Of a stretch of DNA of 47,210 nucleotides, positions 1-13,554 are shown one piece after another. The position numbers were made by a program, and so were the translations under genes. The DNA comes from Octopus bimaculoides (taxonomy: Eukaryota). How positions within the stretch are numbered: the stretch's first letter is position 1; each line of letters opens with the position of its first letter. The stretch is from the NCBI RefSeq assembly GCF_001194135.2, contig NC_068988.1, positions 11,890,830-11,938,039 on the forward strand, written 5' to 3'. The notes under the pieces were generated by a model. It had not been told where the DNA came from. It searched no databases and worked only from the letters and a program-made list of their open reading frames with translations.

Positions 1-569
1 ATATATATATATATATATATATATATATACGCGTGAATATCCATACAGAAATATATATATATGTTATATATACGTTTATGTGTGTGTTTGTGTGTGTGTG
101 CGTATTTCTCTGTGTGTGTGTATTCATGTATACATAGGGATACAGACGCACATCGCGTATCAAGAAGCAATTTAGTTTTTGATTTTGTTTTTGTACAATA
201 AACCTGTTGTGTTGCAAGTGTTATTTTATAAGTAAAATCGGAAAAAAATCTTTGTATGAATTTTTCTTTCCGCTTCGCATGAATATTAGCTTTTAATATT
301 AAACAGCATTGAGGAGCAGTGAGTTATTGCAAAATGTTCCATGTTGTGAGTCTCAAAGGCAATTTGAAAATCTGTTGAGATATGGAAATATCCGGATATA
401 ATTATATCAGTGGTTAAGTTTGAGATTCTACCACAATACATACCAATTATATGCTGGTTTACGAGAAGCATATTCTTGTCTGATTTCGGTTGATATGCAA
501 AATGTAATATTTCTGCTGTTATTATAAACTGCACTTTAGATGTCACAGAGAAAAAAAAAGAAATAAACT

Positions 570-652
570 GGTACTCCGTCGGTTACGACGACGAGTGTTT
601 CAGTTGATGCGATCAAGCGGAACAAATCTCTTACCACACAGCCACGCTTGCG
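570..652 (-). mobile_element. Chimeric SINE remnant: family C 3' tail (570-623) fused to family A head (624-652)
   Basis: 570-623 matches the family C tail at 41939-42005 (ggcactccgtcg..tacga..cagttgatccgatcaacggaac). The following cttaccacacagccac is the reverse complement of the family A head. Confidence 0.7.
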
Positions 653-939
653 ATTACATATGTGTGTATGTGTGTGTATGTGTGTGAATGTGTGTAAGTG
701 TGCATGTACTTTTGTCTTAGTGTGCGTGTGTTTGTGTGTATGTTATGTGAATGTGTGTGTGTGCGCGCTTTTTTGCAGTTTCACGTCGGACCGATTTTGA
801 AGCTCTGTTCTCGTGGATCGAACTGTTTAACCTCACGCTCATGCCGAGAAGAGATACATTTTATGGAAATTAATAATTGGCAGATGTGAAGGGTCGGAAC
901 GCAATGAGTGAAACAAATAGAAGATAAAAGCAAGGATGA

Positions 940-1375
940 ATGTGTTTGCATTTGTTTATATGTGTGTGTGTATGTGTGTGATATATGATGTGTGCTGTGT
1001 GAGTGTGTGTGTGTGTATGTGTGATATGTGTGTGTGTTTGTCTTTTTGTGTGTGATGTGTGTGATGTGTGTGTTTGTGTTGTGTTTGTGTGTGTGTGATG
1101 TGTGTGTATGTGTTTGCGTGTATGTGTGCATGTGTGTGGTATATGATATGTGTGTGTGTTTGTGTTTGTGTGTATGATGCGTGCATGTGTGATATATGAT
1201 GTGTGCTGTATGTGTGCTGTATGTGTGTGTAATATATGTGTGTATGCGTTTGTCTGCATGTGTGATGTGTGTGTGTGTTTGTGCTTGTGGGTATGATGCG
1301 TACATATTTATGATATATGATGTGTGTGTTGTGTGTGTATGTGTTTATGTGTTGTGCGTGTATGTGTGTGTGTAG
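940..1375. repeat. Complex TG-rich compound microsatellite
   Basis: Degenerate (TG)n with a recurring gatatatgatgtgtg sub-unit; it generates the spurious His/Thr ORFs. Confidence 0.9.
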
Positions 1376-1897
1376 TGTTGGAGGCACTCCCTTCTAAACC
1401 ACACCGTTAAAAATGCACTGAACTTGTAATTAACCGGTTGGAATGATGAATCCAACAAAACTCTTCTCCTCTAATTGCGATATAAAGATCAATTAAATAA
1501 ATATGGCGTGTCGTTTGAGAAGAAAAGAAGCAAAGAAGCGGTTTTGGCAAAAAACGAAAGATAAATCCAAAACAGAATAAAATACCGTTTGCTTGTTTGC
1601 TTGTTTGTTTGTTTGTTCTAAAATTTGCTCCTAAAATGCTCTGTAGCTTTCTGACAAAGACGACAAAGGATAGATAGAAAATATATATAAACGCTACGCT
1701 GTTGACTCATACACGCCATCTGCCGTGAAGCTGCTGTACAGAAGGAAGGCGTTGATGCTAAGAGGGATGGTACTGAGAGATGAGAGTGAAAAGGCTTCGG
1801 CATCGTGCTGCACCTTAAATTTCCATTTACAACTTCGACGCACTTGAACAGCGTTTACGAATGAACGCTCTCTGACATTCTCGCAACACATGCAAAG

Positions 1898-1943
<46 letters not shown>

Positions 1944-2684
1944 TGACATGCAAATAGACTGGCAGGCGCCCACACAAACACGTACACAAACGCATACACA
2001 CACACATACACATCAATATACTAACACAGATATATGTACGCATACATGAACACTCGCACAAACACTCACCTTCTTCGCATAGATACACACACAAGGTTTT
2101 ATACATACATACAAATAGACTTGCACATACTCAGCATAGGGGCACACATACATGCGAGCACACTCACATATATATACACAAAGAGGCAAAGAGGTAGACA
2201 GACAGACAGACAGACTGATAGACAGGCAGACAGGCACTCAGTCAGGCTGGTGAGCAGACAGACAAGAATGACAAGCTACAACCGCACCTTCACATTATTG
2301 CTCTATTACCAAATGCAGATACACGATTACAGTCATAAACAAACGGAAATTCACGCCCAGCATGACTCTTGCTCTCACAAATCTAGTCCCGCGATAATAA
2401 AGGCACTCCTTCTTTGGCCTCGACACCAGAGGACATCAAATAGATTCAGTCTCCGTACTCATCAGTATAAATATACTTCAGACAGAGAAGACAAAAAAAA
2501 AACACTTTGAATTAACATACATTCTCTCCAAAACATATACAGCAGACACAGAAAACACAGTGAAAAAAAAAGCAAAATGATTCGCTTATCACGGGGCTCT
2601 TATTTGATTGAGATGATGAAACAACGATAAATTTTATTTTGTCCTTTGAGCAGAAGAGAAAGTAGTGCCCATGATTCTTTATAG

Positions 2685-2935
2685 CAGTGCTACTCAAGTG
2701 GGGTTCACATGGCCCTTGAGGGTCCATGTAAGATTTTGTTGTTAAAATTTATGAGCAATAAACTGGTTATATTTCCGCAATGCAGAAAGATATCTTCACA
2801 TTTTTCTACAATTTCTAATAATATTTAATCATTAAAATATTATTTTTTTTTTAAACATGGAATGGCTATGAAGGGTCTCCCCAAGTAAAAGAGCAATCAA
2901 AGGGGGTCCATAGGTTAAAAATGGTTGGAACCATT
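2685..2935 (+). mobile_element. hAT-like MITE (CAGTGGTTCTCAAC-type TIR), degenerate full-length copy
   Basis: Starts cagtgctactcaagtggggttcacatggccc and ends ggggtccataggttaaaaatggttggaaccatt. Cleaner ends of the same family lie at 8543 (5') and 23994 (3'). TSD not recoverable; hAT assignment inferred from the TIR style. Confidence 0.65.
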
Positions 2936-2993
2936 TTAGAGGAACCTCTACACAAGAAGGAGTTCAGGAAAGAGAAAAGATGGAATTATTCCC

Positions 2994-2996
<3 letters not shown>

Positions 2997-3050
<54 letters not shown>

Positions 3051-3739
3051 NNNNNNNNNNNNNNNNNNNNNNNNNNNNNNNNNNNNNNNNNNNNNNNNNN
3101 NNNNNNNNNNNNNNNNNNNNNNNNNNNNNNNNNNNNNNNNNNNNNNNNNNNNNNNNNNNNNNNNNNNNNNNNNNNNNNNNNNNNNNNNNNNNNNNNNNNN
3201 NNNNNNNNNNNNNNNNNNNNNNNNNNNNNNNNNNNNNNNNNNNNNNNNNNNNNNNNNNNNNNNNNNNNNNNNNNNNNNNNNNNNNNNNNNNNNNNNNNNN
3301 NNNNNNNNNNNNNNNNNNNNNNNNNNNNNNNNNNNNNNNNNNNNNNNNNNNNNNNNNNNNNNNNNNNNNNNNNNNNNNNNNNNNNNNNNNNNNNNNNNNN
3401 NNNNNNNNNNNNNNNNNNNNNNNNNNNNNNNNNNNNNNNNNNNNNNNNNNNNNNNNNNNNNNNNNNNNNNNNNNNNNNNNNNNNNNNNNNNNNNNNNNNN
3501 NNNNNNNNNNNNNNNNNNNNNNNNNNNNNNNNNNNNNNNNNNNNNNNNNNNNNNNNNNNNNNNNNNNNNNNNNNNNNNNNNNNNNNNNNNNNNNNNNNNN
3601 NNNNNNNNNNNNNNNNNNNNNNNNNNNNNNNNNNNNNNNNNNNNNNNNNNNNNNNNNNNNNNNNNNNNNNNNNNNNNNNNNNNNNNNNNNNNNNNNNNNN
3701 NNNNNNNNNNNNNNNNNNNNNNNNNNNNNNNNNNNNNNN
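2997..3739. repeat. (CA)n microsatellite running into assembly gap 3051-3739
   Basis: Direct read. Other gaps: 5666-6197, 6867-7131, 8336-8348, 12560-13243, 26366-26715, 27490-27499, 27913-28320, 29772-30251, 37761-38284, 39360-40184, 43166-43673, 44813-45700. Confidence 0.95.
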
Positions 3740-4077
3740 TATATATAGTGACGACTATACTTGTTACCTTTCGGTTATAAATTGCGAATAGCCACCTTAA
3801 TAATGTATGTGTGTGTGTGTGTGTGTGCGTGTGTGTGTGTGTGTGTGAGTGTTGAGTTTTGTCAGTATGAACACACACTAGAACCATTAAATTGCGAATG
3901 TACAGTATACGAAGCTACATACAGAATAACTGTATCTAAACATTCTAATACATTCAAGCTGGACAGCAATCTCTTTATCTTGCCGAGACATCACGCATCA
4001 GTATTCAAGACAAACAAGGCAAAGGAAATCAACCAGTTTATATAAACATACTTAATTTCTATGTATCTCTTCGTTTT

Positions 4078-4278
4078 TGTTTCAAATTTTGGCACTAGGC
4101 CAGCAATTTCGGAAGAGGGAATAAGTCGATTGCATCAATCCCAATGCTCAACGGCTTCTTATTTAAAAACTCCTAAAGAATGTCATACAAAGTCGACCCC
4201 GCTGGAATTTGAACTCGGAACGTAAATGCTGCTAAGGATTTCGCCCGGCGTGCTAACGATTCTGCCAGCTCACCGCCT
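4078..4278 (-). mobile_element. SINE family B, diverged
   Basis: Contains aaagtcgacccc..ggaatttgaactc (B-box-like) and tgctaacgattctgccagctcaccgcc, as in the copies at 23619 and 41162. Confidence 0.85.
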
Positions 4279-4309
4279 TATGTATCTTTTCATACTTTAC
4301 ACAAAACAG

Positions 4310-4690
4310 GTGCTATCGTGGGTGTGTAGTAAGAAGTTTGATTCCCAAACACACGGTTCTGGTTCCAATCCTATTTGGTGGCATCTTGGGCAACCTGTTC
4401 ACCGGGCAATGATTTGAGACTGAGTTTGGTTGATAAGAGCTGTATGGAAGAGTCAATCGCATATGTTTGTATGTGTGTGTATGATTTTGTTTGACCCGCC
4501 ACCACTGCTTGGTAACCTATGTCGGTTTGTTTACTTCCTCGTAATTTAGCAATTTGGTAAATGGTACAGATAGAATACGTACCATACTTTCAATTAAGTA
4601 TTGAAATCGATTTATTCTCATAAACCCTTCAAGGTGCTGCCCTAGCGTGACCACAGCGCAATAACAGAAACAAGAAAACGATAAAAGATA
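4310..4690 (+). mobile_element. SINE family A, old diverged copy
   Basis: Same module order as 22609-22992: gtgtgtagtaagaagtttg head, ggcatcttgggcaa, central TG tract, cccttcaaggtgctgccctagc tail. Confidence 0.7.
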
Positions 4691-5040
4691 TACTCAAACA
4701 CAGCGAGAGAAAGCAATGGGTAAAGAATTGAGATTGGGGGCTGACTGCATAATTAACTCGTATTTCATTAGCAGGTTTGGTAACTTATAACATTGTGCAA
4801 CAAAGTTTTAATTTTTCTTCGTCATGGGTCAGTTAGTGTTGTTTCGTATTTGCTTCTATCTAGAAATCAAAGGAAATGACTACTATTCCCTTCAAACTTT
4901 GCTTTTGTCGCTTGGACATCAATGTTTTGAAACGGACCTATTTTCCATTACATTTCAGACAGATTCAGCGCTGGGTTGTTGAAGCAGATATCCTTATTCT
5001 AAATATTCTGCTCAATGCAATAGGTTTGTTTGTCAGTCCC

Positions 5041-5166
5041 TTGCCCTTAAAAACTTGAGCATATCCTTTAGTGGCTGACAATATGCGCATCTCTGATCAT
5101 GCGCAGGAGTAGTAGGAAAGTTTCATAGCCATGTGTTGAAAGAGAATCTTAGGGGTTTGAATAATT
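5041..5166 (+). mobile_element. Interspersed repeat family D fragment (class unknown)
   Basis: Roughly 75% identical by eye to the reverse complement of 40823-40960 (gcatctctgatc..gccatgtgttga..tttgaataatt). Confidence 0.7.
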
Positions 5167-5475
5167 GTAACAAAAGCAAAATTTGAAGGAAATATTAGCC
5201 ATTTTCATACTTTCTAGGGGTAAGCAAACAAGGAAAAACAGTTGCTACCCAAGGACAAAAATCGAGTTGTAGAGTGTAACCTTCTCGTGGTACAGGATCT
5301 TCATAGAATCATTCATCACAGGACAACTTAATTTTAACCATTTTTCCAGTTACAAAAAGAACAACTAAAAAAAAATGAAAGATTACATCACATACGACGA
5401 ATTCATTGACAAATTGGGAATATACTCGATTCATATCGAAATATCGAGTTATGTACTTATTCCCCGAGTGTTTTA

Positions 5476-5483
5476 TTATTATG

Positions 5484-5540
<57 letters not shown>
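5476..5540. repeat. (TTA)n microsatellite
   Basis: Direct read. Similar (ATT)n/(ATC)n tracts at 9873-9967, 10243-10305, 21445-21535 and 37647-37760. Confidence 0.95.
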
Positions 5541-5542
<2 letters not shown>

Positions 5543-8094
5543 GTAGTATTATTTCATATTTGGTAATGTATAAACCGGATAAAGCTAAAAACGTGTATAA
5601 AAAAAAAGATCTTTTCAAACCTTTTTACAAAAGTTGTCATAACGTTTTCTGATGTTATTGATTATNNNNNNNNNNNNNNNNNNNNNNNNNNNNNNNNNNN
5701 NNNNNNNNNNNNNNNNNNNNNNNNNNNNNNNNNNNNNNNNNNNNNNNNNNNNNNNNNNNNNNNNNNNNNNNNNNNNNNNNNNNNNNNNNNNNNNNNNNNN
5801 NNNNNNNNNNNNNNNNNNNNNNNNNNNNNNNNNNNNNNNNNNNNNNNNNNNNNNNNNNNNNNNNNNNNNNNNNNNNNNNNNNNNNNNNNNNNNNNNNNNN
5901 NNNNNNNNNNNNNNNNNNNNNNNNNNNNNNNNNNNNNNNNNNNNNNNNNNNNNNNNNNNNNNNNNNNNNNNNNNNNNNNNNNNNNNNNNNNNNNNNNNNN
6001 NNNNNNNNNNNNNNNNNNNNNNNNNNNNNNNNNNNNNNNNNNNNNNNNNNNNNNNNNNNNNNNNNNNNNNNNNNNNNNNNNNNNNNNNNNNNNNNNNNNN
6101 NNNNNNNNNNNNNNNNNNNNNNNNNNNNNNNNNNNNNNNNNNNNNNNNNNNNNNNNNNNNNNNNNNNNNNNNNNNNNNNNNNNNNNNNNNNNNNNNNTAT
6201 GTATATATGTATGCCTATATGTATATATATATATATGTATGTATGTCTATATGTATATATATATATATATATATATAATACAAAGAATATATATACATGT
6301 ATACACACATATATGTACATACTTACATCTACATGTGTATATACATGTGTATATACATGTGTATATACATGCATATATATATATATATATATATATATGC
6401 ATGTATCTATCGATCTATATATATAGATATATAGATATATGTTTATATATATATTGTATGTATTTTTAATCTCGTATCGGTTTGAATTATTGGACTCCGG
6501 TCATGCTGGGACACGACGCTTTGAAAGTTGTTTTAGTTCAATCATACCAAACCCAGTGCAGCATATTTCAGTCTCGTATTTGAAGCACATTTTTATCGAC
6601 CTCTCAAACGATTGGCCAGTTGAACGTTTGATATGACACCACTTTTTCTCACCAATGAAAATAAACGTAGTCATACATGCATATATCCTAACATACATAT
6701 ATATATATACGCACACAGAAATATCTTTCTTCAAGTGTGTGTATACATAAATACTTAGATACATATATAAATACATACATACACACACATATATATATGT
6801 ATGTACGTGAGTATATATATATATATATATATAAATGATACACGCATGCATATATATATATATATANNNNNNNNNNNNNNNNNNNNNNNNNNNNNNNNNN
6901 NNNNNNNNNNNNNNNNNNNNNNNNNNNNNNNNNNNNNNNNNNNNNNNNNNNNNNNNNNNNNNNNNNNNNNNNNNNNNNNNNNNNNNNNNNNNNNNNNNNN
7001 NNNNNNNNNNNNNNNNNNNNNNNNNNNNNNNNNNNNNNNNNNNNNNNNNNNNNNNNNNNNNNNNNNNNNNNNNNNNNNNNNNNNNNNNNNNNNNNNNNNN
7101 NNNNNNNNNNNNNNNNNNNNNNNNNNNNNNNTATATATATATATAATATGGGGTGTGTATATATAATCAGGTAAGTTCTGTGTTTACTAAAATGAACTCA
7201 CAACGTACTTGTCAACACAATTCGCCTAAAGTAACGTACTATTCTATCGATCTCCTGACCATCTGGAGATGGAGCGAATTTCTTAACTGCATATAGCCAC
7301 ACCTATTTACCTTTACAATACATCTGTGTATTTGTTATCTTCTTCGATCTAATGATTCTAACTTATATTTCTCTCCGATAATCTTATATGTGTGAAACGA
7401 TGCTGTCTCTTGCCGTATATAATTTTTCTATATCAAGTAGACAGGTTGTTGAAGTATTTCTTGGAATTCGGCTCTTTGGTCTATCATTATCTGGAATTTC
7501 CTTTATTAACTGGCGGAAAGAAATGTCACGGGCTAAATATTATTTAAGTGTAGATTTATTCTGAATAAATACTTACTCATTTGAGAGGCTTATTTTTCTT
7601 TGACATGTTGATAAATGGGTGTCAGTTTGTATTATTTGACGCAGAGAAACACTTCAATGACAGAGATTACACGCATCCGCTCGACTTGTAGGAAATGTCA
7701 GCTAAATCAACAGCTAAGTCACTTTCCAATCTCATCATGCTAATTTTGAAACAGTTAAGCAAGTGTCTTGCGTAGTCCAACCTATGTAAGTTACTGTGTA
7801 AAAAACATAACAGGAGTTTTGAAAGAACTTTCTATAAATCTAGCTTTTAAACATCTAATGGCTAAGAGGGTCGACCAGAACAAAACAGTAATCATAGGGG
7901 CCAATAGGTAAAAAACTGACTGAGAATCACTGAACTAGACAAATCTGCTTATAATCCCAAGCTATGCGACGGCTTTATTTTGCTTCAGGTGTATATGAAA
8001 TGTTTGAATGAATGAAGGTCATATGTAAAGAGTACGCCGAGATACATTACAAACATGGTATTCTTTTATTCTTTTATTCTTTTGTTCTCTTACT

Positions 8095-8253
8095 TGTTTA
8101 GTCGAGCATATCGACCACAGGACTTATTCTTTATAAGCGTAGTTCTTATTCTCTCGGTCCTTTTTGTCGAACTGCTACCGTTACGGGAACGTAAACACAA
8201 TAGCATAGGTTGTCAAGCGATGTTGGGGGGGGACAAACACAGAAACACAAGCG

Positions 8254-8335
<82 letters not shown>

Positions 8336-8348
8336 NNNNNNNNNNNNN

Positions 8349-8385
<37 letters not shown>

Positions 8386-8495
8386 CGACGGGCTTCTTTC
8401 AGTTTCCGTCTACCAAATCTACTCACAACGCTTTGTTCGGCCCAAGGCTATAGTAGAAGACACCTGCCCAAGGTAAGCAAGTTACTTACCACACG
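8095..8495 (-). mobile_element. SINE family A with expanded central microsatellite and 39 bp head deletion
   Basis: gacgggcttctttcagtttccgtctaccaaatctactcacaa core, tgtcaagcgatgttggggg, cttaccacac head. Confidence 0.9.
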
Positions 8496-8542
8496 TCCAG
8501 GAGATATTCTTCGAGAAATTGCTTGAGAGTAAGGAACTAGTC

Positions 8543-8620
8543 CAGTGGTTCTCAACTGGTGTCCATATGGCCCCTCTGGATCCATATAAGACTTTTGCGA
8601 TTCCATGCCAGAAAATAGTA
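8543..8620 (+). mobile_element. hAT-like MITE 5' end fragment
   Basis: cagtggttctcaactggtgtccatatggcccc; its first 14 nt are the exact reverse complement of gttgagaaccactg at 23981-23994. Confidence 0.7.
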
Positions 8621-8685
8621 AAATTCCCTCCTTAACCAAGAGCCACCAGCATAACAATGGGCATGGAAAATGTAATTACACAATC

Positions 8686-8724
8686 GTGCTCCTGCATGAC
8701 AACAGCTTTTAGGCTGAAATGCAT
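8686..8724 (+). mobile_element. Isolated diverged 3' tail of the LINE seen at 19573
   Basis: gtgctcctgcatgacaacagcttttaggctgaaatgcat resembles the LINE tail gtgctccagcatgaccgcagccacttggctgaaacgcat. Confidence 0.5.
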
Positions 8725-8999
8725 GAGAGAATAACAAAACATGTACATATATATATATACATATACATACATACATACATACATGTATGTACAGCTGTAT
8801 CATATAAAATAAAGTCATTCGGTGCAATAATATTTGTAATGTGTACTTATGTCACTTTTATAATGATAGACTCTATAAAACACAACAAAATATTAAAATA
8901 ATTTTTATGATAAAATATTTATCATGAAATAAAATAAGTATTTTTATTGTGTTAACATATTCGTTGCTTCTATATTCCACTTTCACTGTTATCTATCTA

Positions 9000-9012
9000 C
9001 CTATATATATGT

Positions 9013-9053
<41 letters not shown>

Positions 9054-9574
9054 GATACCTGTATATATATTTATATATATATATACATAGATACTTATAC
9101 ATACATTTATATATATATATATATATATATTTCTTACATATATATGTTTATGCATATGTATGCATGTATGTATATATGCATACATGTATGTATGTATGTA
9201 TGTATGTATGTATGTATGTATGTATGTATGTATGATCATATATCCTTATATTATTAATGTCTGCCTTATTTTGCTTCGGGTGTATATGAAATGTTTCAAT
9301 GAATGAATGACTTATGTAAATTGTATATTCTTATGTGAATAATGCGCGTAAATATATGCATGGATATATGCATGAGTGTGTGTTTGTGTGTGTATATGTG
9401 TGTGTGTATCTATGTATGTGTATCTATGTATATATAGGTACAAGCACAAATAATGTATAGGAACAAACACATACTAATATTAACATATGCATTGATTAAT
9501 ATATATTCGTAAGAATACATATACATTGACAAGAAACATATACATATATATATATATGAATATACACATACATA

Positions 9575-9642
<68 letters not shown>

Positions 9643-9656
9643 CGCATATATGTATA

Positions 9657-9692
<36 letters not shown>

Positions 9693-9780
9693 CATACGTA
9701 AATTCATATATATACATATATATATACCTACACATACATACACAGACATACACATGTATATATACATTTTTATATAGATA
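9000..9780. repeat. Compound (AG)n/(TA)n/(ATGT)n microsatellite block
   Basis: Direct read. Confidence 0.9.
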
Positions 9781-9885
9781 ATTGTTGCTGTAAGGTTTTT
9801 TTGTGTACAGGTGTTCTAAAATGGGAATTGTTTATTTCTCGGTTGAGAAAGGTCTTAATATTCACGGTTTAATATTATTATTATT

Positions 9886-9970
<85 letters not shown>

Positions 9971-10090
9971 GACTGAAATTCTATTTGTTCGTTTCACTTT
10001 CTTTTTTAATATTTTATCTAGCAATTATATTTATTATATTTCTCTCTCGCTCTACATGCACACACACGCGGATTCACAGACACGCACGCT

Positions 10091-10122
<32 letters not shown>

Positions 10123-10260
10123 TACATACATATATATATATATTAGTAATTTTCTCTTTATTTGGCAGCTCTTTCTATGGCTTGTATCAGCTATTGTGAT
10201 GTGGAAGTGGTAAATAAAAAATATGCATTAACGTGTCTTATTTTTATTATTATCATTATA

Positions 10261-10307
<47 letters not shown>

Positions 10308-10811
10308 ATCTATTTTTATTAATTTTATCATATTTCTGTATTGAATTTTCGTTACCTTCTCGATAGAATCGTAAAATTGAATTGTTTTCGACTCTCTTAT
10401 AGTGAAAGTGATATTATTCTGAAATATCATGGAGCATAGCTTATGTATCTGGGTCCAATACTAAAATAAAATTACACTGGTCCTGTGTTTAACCGTTCCG
10501 GACCTGATCGTAGTATACGAAATAAATGTTGTTAACGAAAATTGCCGTAGTATAAGGATAGAATGAATATTGTCTGTCTATAAGGTTTAGTGGCTGTTTG
10601 TGATGATACCTGTATAATTACGACAATAGACATTGGAAAAGTATATAAATGAACCTATGAATAACTCTATAGATGTCTATAGAATGGATGAAATCTCAGA
10701 GGGAACATAACGAGGGTTACTAATGTTATGTAAATACGTCAGTCATTTTAATCTGGGACAATTTTCATGTTTCTATTTTTAATTTAGACACATTTTGGGC
10801 TATGTGAATAA

Positions 10812-11045
10812 TAATAATTATAATAATTTCTTTATTGGCCACAAGGGCCGAAAATAGGATACATTTAGTACCATACAAAATGCAAAGGGCAGTGTTGGTT
10901 TACATCTACTCGAGAAAACAACAACGAGGAAATTAACAAGTCCCTATAGGGGTGGGAACCAAGGTGCGGCCAAGGATCTCAGATGGGAATCTTGATAGAA
11001 CATATAACAGATCGATATTCACCCACCGCCCGCGCACACATAAAA
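10812..11045 (-). mobile_element. Probable retroposon 3' end fragment
   Basis: Minus strand ends cccttgtggccaataaagaaattattataattatt, matching the family B type-1 tail end; the upstream sequence is not SINE B. Confidence 0.4.
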
Positions 11046-11415
11046 TTCCTTATAATAATGGCATGGTATAAGGGTAGAATCAATATTGTCCGTGTATAAG
11101 GATTAGGAAACATAGCGAGGGTCGGTGACTTTCATTTTGTGCGGACTGAAATAACTGAAGACAATTAAAATATTTTTAACAATAAGCCCTTTTTAACTTT
11201 AAGCCCTGTGCAGTATAGGGACCAGTATATCAAAGAAGAGACCCAACGTTTCTCCTGTGTGTCGTAAATGGCAACTAAAAGATGTTGAATTAGGATTTGC
11301 ATTCCGACCTCATGAAACCCTCACCGGCAACAACTACCCAAGACAGGCCCATAGGTTGAAGGGTTGTCGCTTAAATATTGCAACGGTTTCATCCGCCAGG
11401 AACAGTAGACAATCA

Positions 11416-11451
<36 letters not shown>

Positions 11452-11452
<1 letters not shown>

Positions 11453-11680
11453 TTTTATTTGTTTCAGTCATTTGACTGCAGCCATGCTGGAGCACCGCCT
11501 TTAGTTGAACAAATTGACCCCAGGACTTATTCTTTGTAAGCCTAGTACTTATTCTATCGGTCTCTTTTACCGAACCGCTAAGTTACGGGGATGTAAACAC
11601 ACCAACATCGATTGTCAAGCGATGGTGGGGGACAAACATCCACACACAAACATATATATGTATATAAACGGCGGGCGTTC
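11452..11680 (-). mobile_element. SINE family A, 3' half
   Basis: gtttcagtcatttgactgcagccatgctggagcaccgcc tail through gtcaagcgatggtgggggacaaac. Confidence 0.9.
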
Positions 11681-12503
11681 CAGCCGTAGCTACCCTGCCT
11701 TCTTTTCCTCGGCTCATTTTACTTACAAGTGTTTTATCTAATAGCTGTGATAAAGGCGTGTTGTGAATGAAAGTTGACAGCTCTTTCTAGCAAATCTAGC
11801 GACCTCATAGTGACTGCCTATATGGAATTACCGACATAATGTTCTAGCCCAACCTATTACCATATTAGGAAGTTTGCATTTTGGTCTTTGTTGTTGTTGT
11901 TTTAACCCCCGAGTAATCCCTGACGAAGCATCCGTATTATCATATGAATTTTATCCGTGACCACCCCAATTTTTTGCTAACTGCAACAAGCCGAAGGCCA
12001 CCGTCATCCAATATTCTCTTTATTTTATTGGCTCAGAAACAATGAATACTGGCTTCAAATGAATTTGAAATTCAAACGCAAATAACACTGGATATAATTT
12101 GAGGGAGATTTGGCCACTATTTTTAATTGTCTGAACCACCATGTCACTTAGACACTTTCCGTTGTCTCATAAAGCTTAGTTTGTGACGTCACGCCATTAT
12201 TCTGTTATTCTGAAACGTTAAAAACATGAGCAAAGTCGGTTTTGTCTTCATAACACCATATTTCATGATGTGCGGAAGATGATATATAAATTGTTTTATA
12301 ACATCACATTATATTTCTGTGCTATGAAGTTCCATGCTGAGCAGAACCTTCAACGATGCTGATATCCCGCTGTCGGATAGTTGCCTCGCGTTTGTTTTTA
12401 AACTTGGAATATATCTCGTGACATTACTATATTCCCACTGTGGGATTTCCTTTGATGAATTGCACTATTTCAAATATTTTCTATGCTGCATCGCTATCTC
12501 TGA

Positions 12504-12559
<56 letters not shown>

Positions 12560-13554
12560 NNNNNNNNNNNNNNNNNNNNNNNNNNNNNNNNNNNNNNNNN
12601 NNNNNNNNNNNNNNNNNNNNNNNNNNNNNNNNNNNNNNNNNNNNNNNNNNNNNNNNNNNNNNNNNNNNNNNNNNNNNNNNNNNNNNNNNNNNNNNNNNNN
12701 NNNNNNNNNNNNNNNNNNNNNNNNNNNNNNNNNNNNNNNNNNNNNNNNNNNNNNNNNNNNNNNNNNNNNNNNNNNNNNNNNNNNNNNNNNNNNNNNNNNN
12801 NNNNNNNNNNNNNNNNNNNNNNNNNNNNNNNNNNNNNNNNNNNNNNNNNNNNNNNNNNNNNNNNNNNNNNNNNNNNNNNNNNNNNNNNNNNNNNNNNNNN
12901 NNNNNNNNNNNNNNNNNNNNNNNNNNNNNNNNNNNNNNNNNNNNNNNNNNNNNNNNNNNNNNNNNNNNNNNNNNNNNNNNNNNNNNNNNNNNNNNNNNNN
13001 NNNNNNNNNNNNNNNNNNNNNNNNNNNNNNNNNNNNNNNNNNNNNNNNNNNNNNNNNNNNNNNNNNNNNNNNNNNNNNNNNNNNNNNNNNNNNNNNNNNN
13101 NNNNNNNNNNNNNNNNNNNNNNNNNNNNNNNNNNNNNNNNNNNNNNNNNNNNNNNNNNNNNNNNNNNNNNNNNNNNNNNNNNNNNNNNNNNNNNNNNNNN
13201 NNNNNNNNNNNNNNNNNNNNNNNNNNNNNNNNNNNNNNNNNNNATATATATATATATATATAGATATAGATATATATATATGTATATATACACCCATCTC
13301 TTTCTGTGGTTACCTGTTTATCTCTCTTCATCCAGCTGTCTATATAATTGCCTATCTATCTTCCTAATTGCTAAATTATCTATCTGTCTTCACCTATGAG
13401 CCTGCCTGTCTATCTCTCTGTCTGTTTGTCTGTCTGTCAGACTACTTATCTATCAATCAGTCAATACATCACGAACATAATTGACTGTGTAATTAAGATG
13501 TACTCTTCGCGACTACATCACTCGTTGTCTCATGATAGACAACCAGAATTAGCA

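Noticed and set aside
286-546. 86 aa minus-strand ORF
   Set aside because: No recognisable domain or splice support; length is expected by chance.
7200-7500. Minus-strand CLLDIEKLY resembling an RT motif
   Set aside because: A single weak motif with no other colinear RT motifs.
8260-8385. Apparent tandem duplication of (CA)n(TA)n around a 13 bp gap
   Set aside because: Likely overlapping contig ends across a mis-sized gap, i.e. an assembly artefact.
4863-9851. Further AG-preceded open frames (4863, 4959, 5350, 9811)
   Set aside because: Weak or absent donors, no recognisable products, and no consistent phase chain; indistinguishable from chance in AT-rich DNA.
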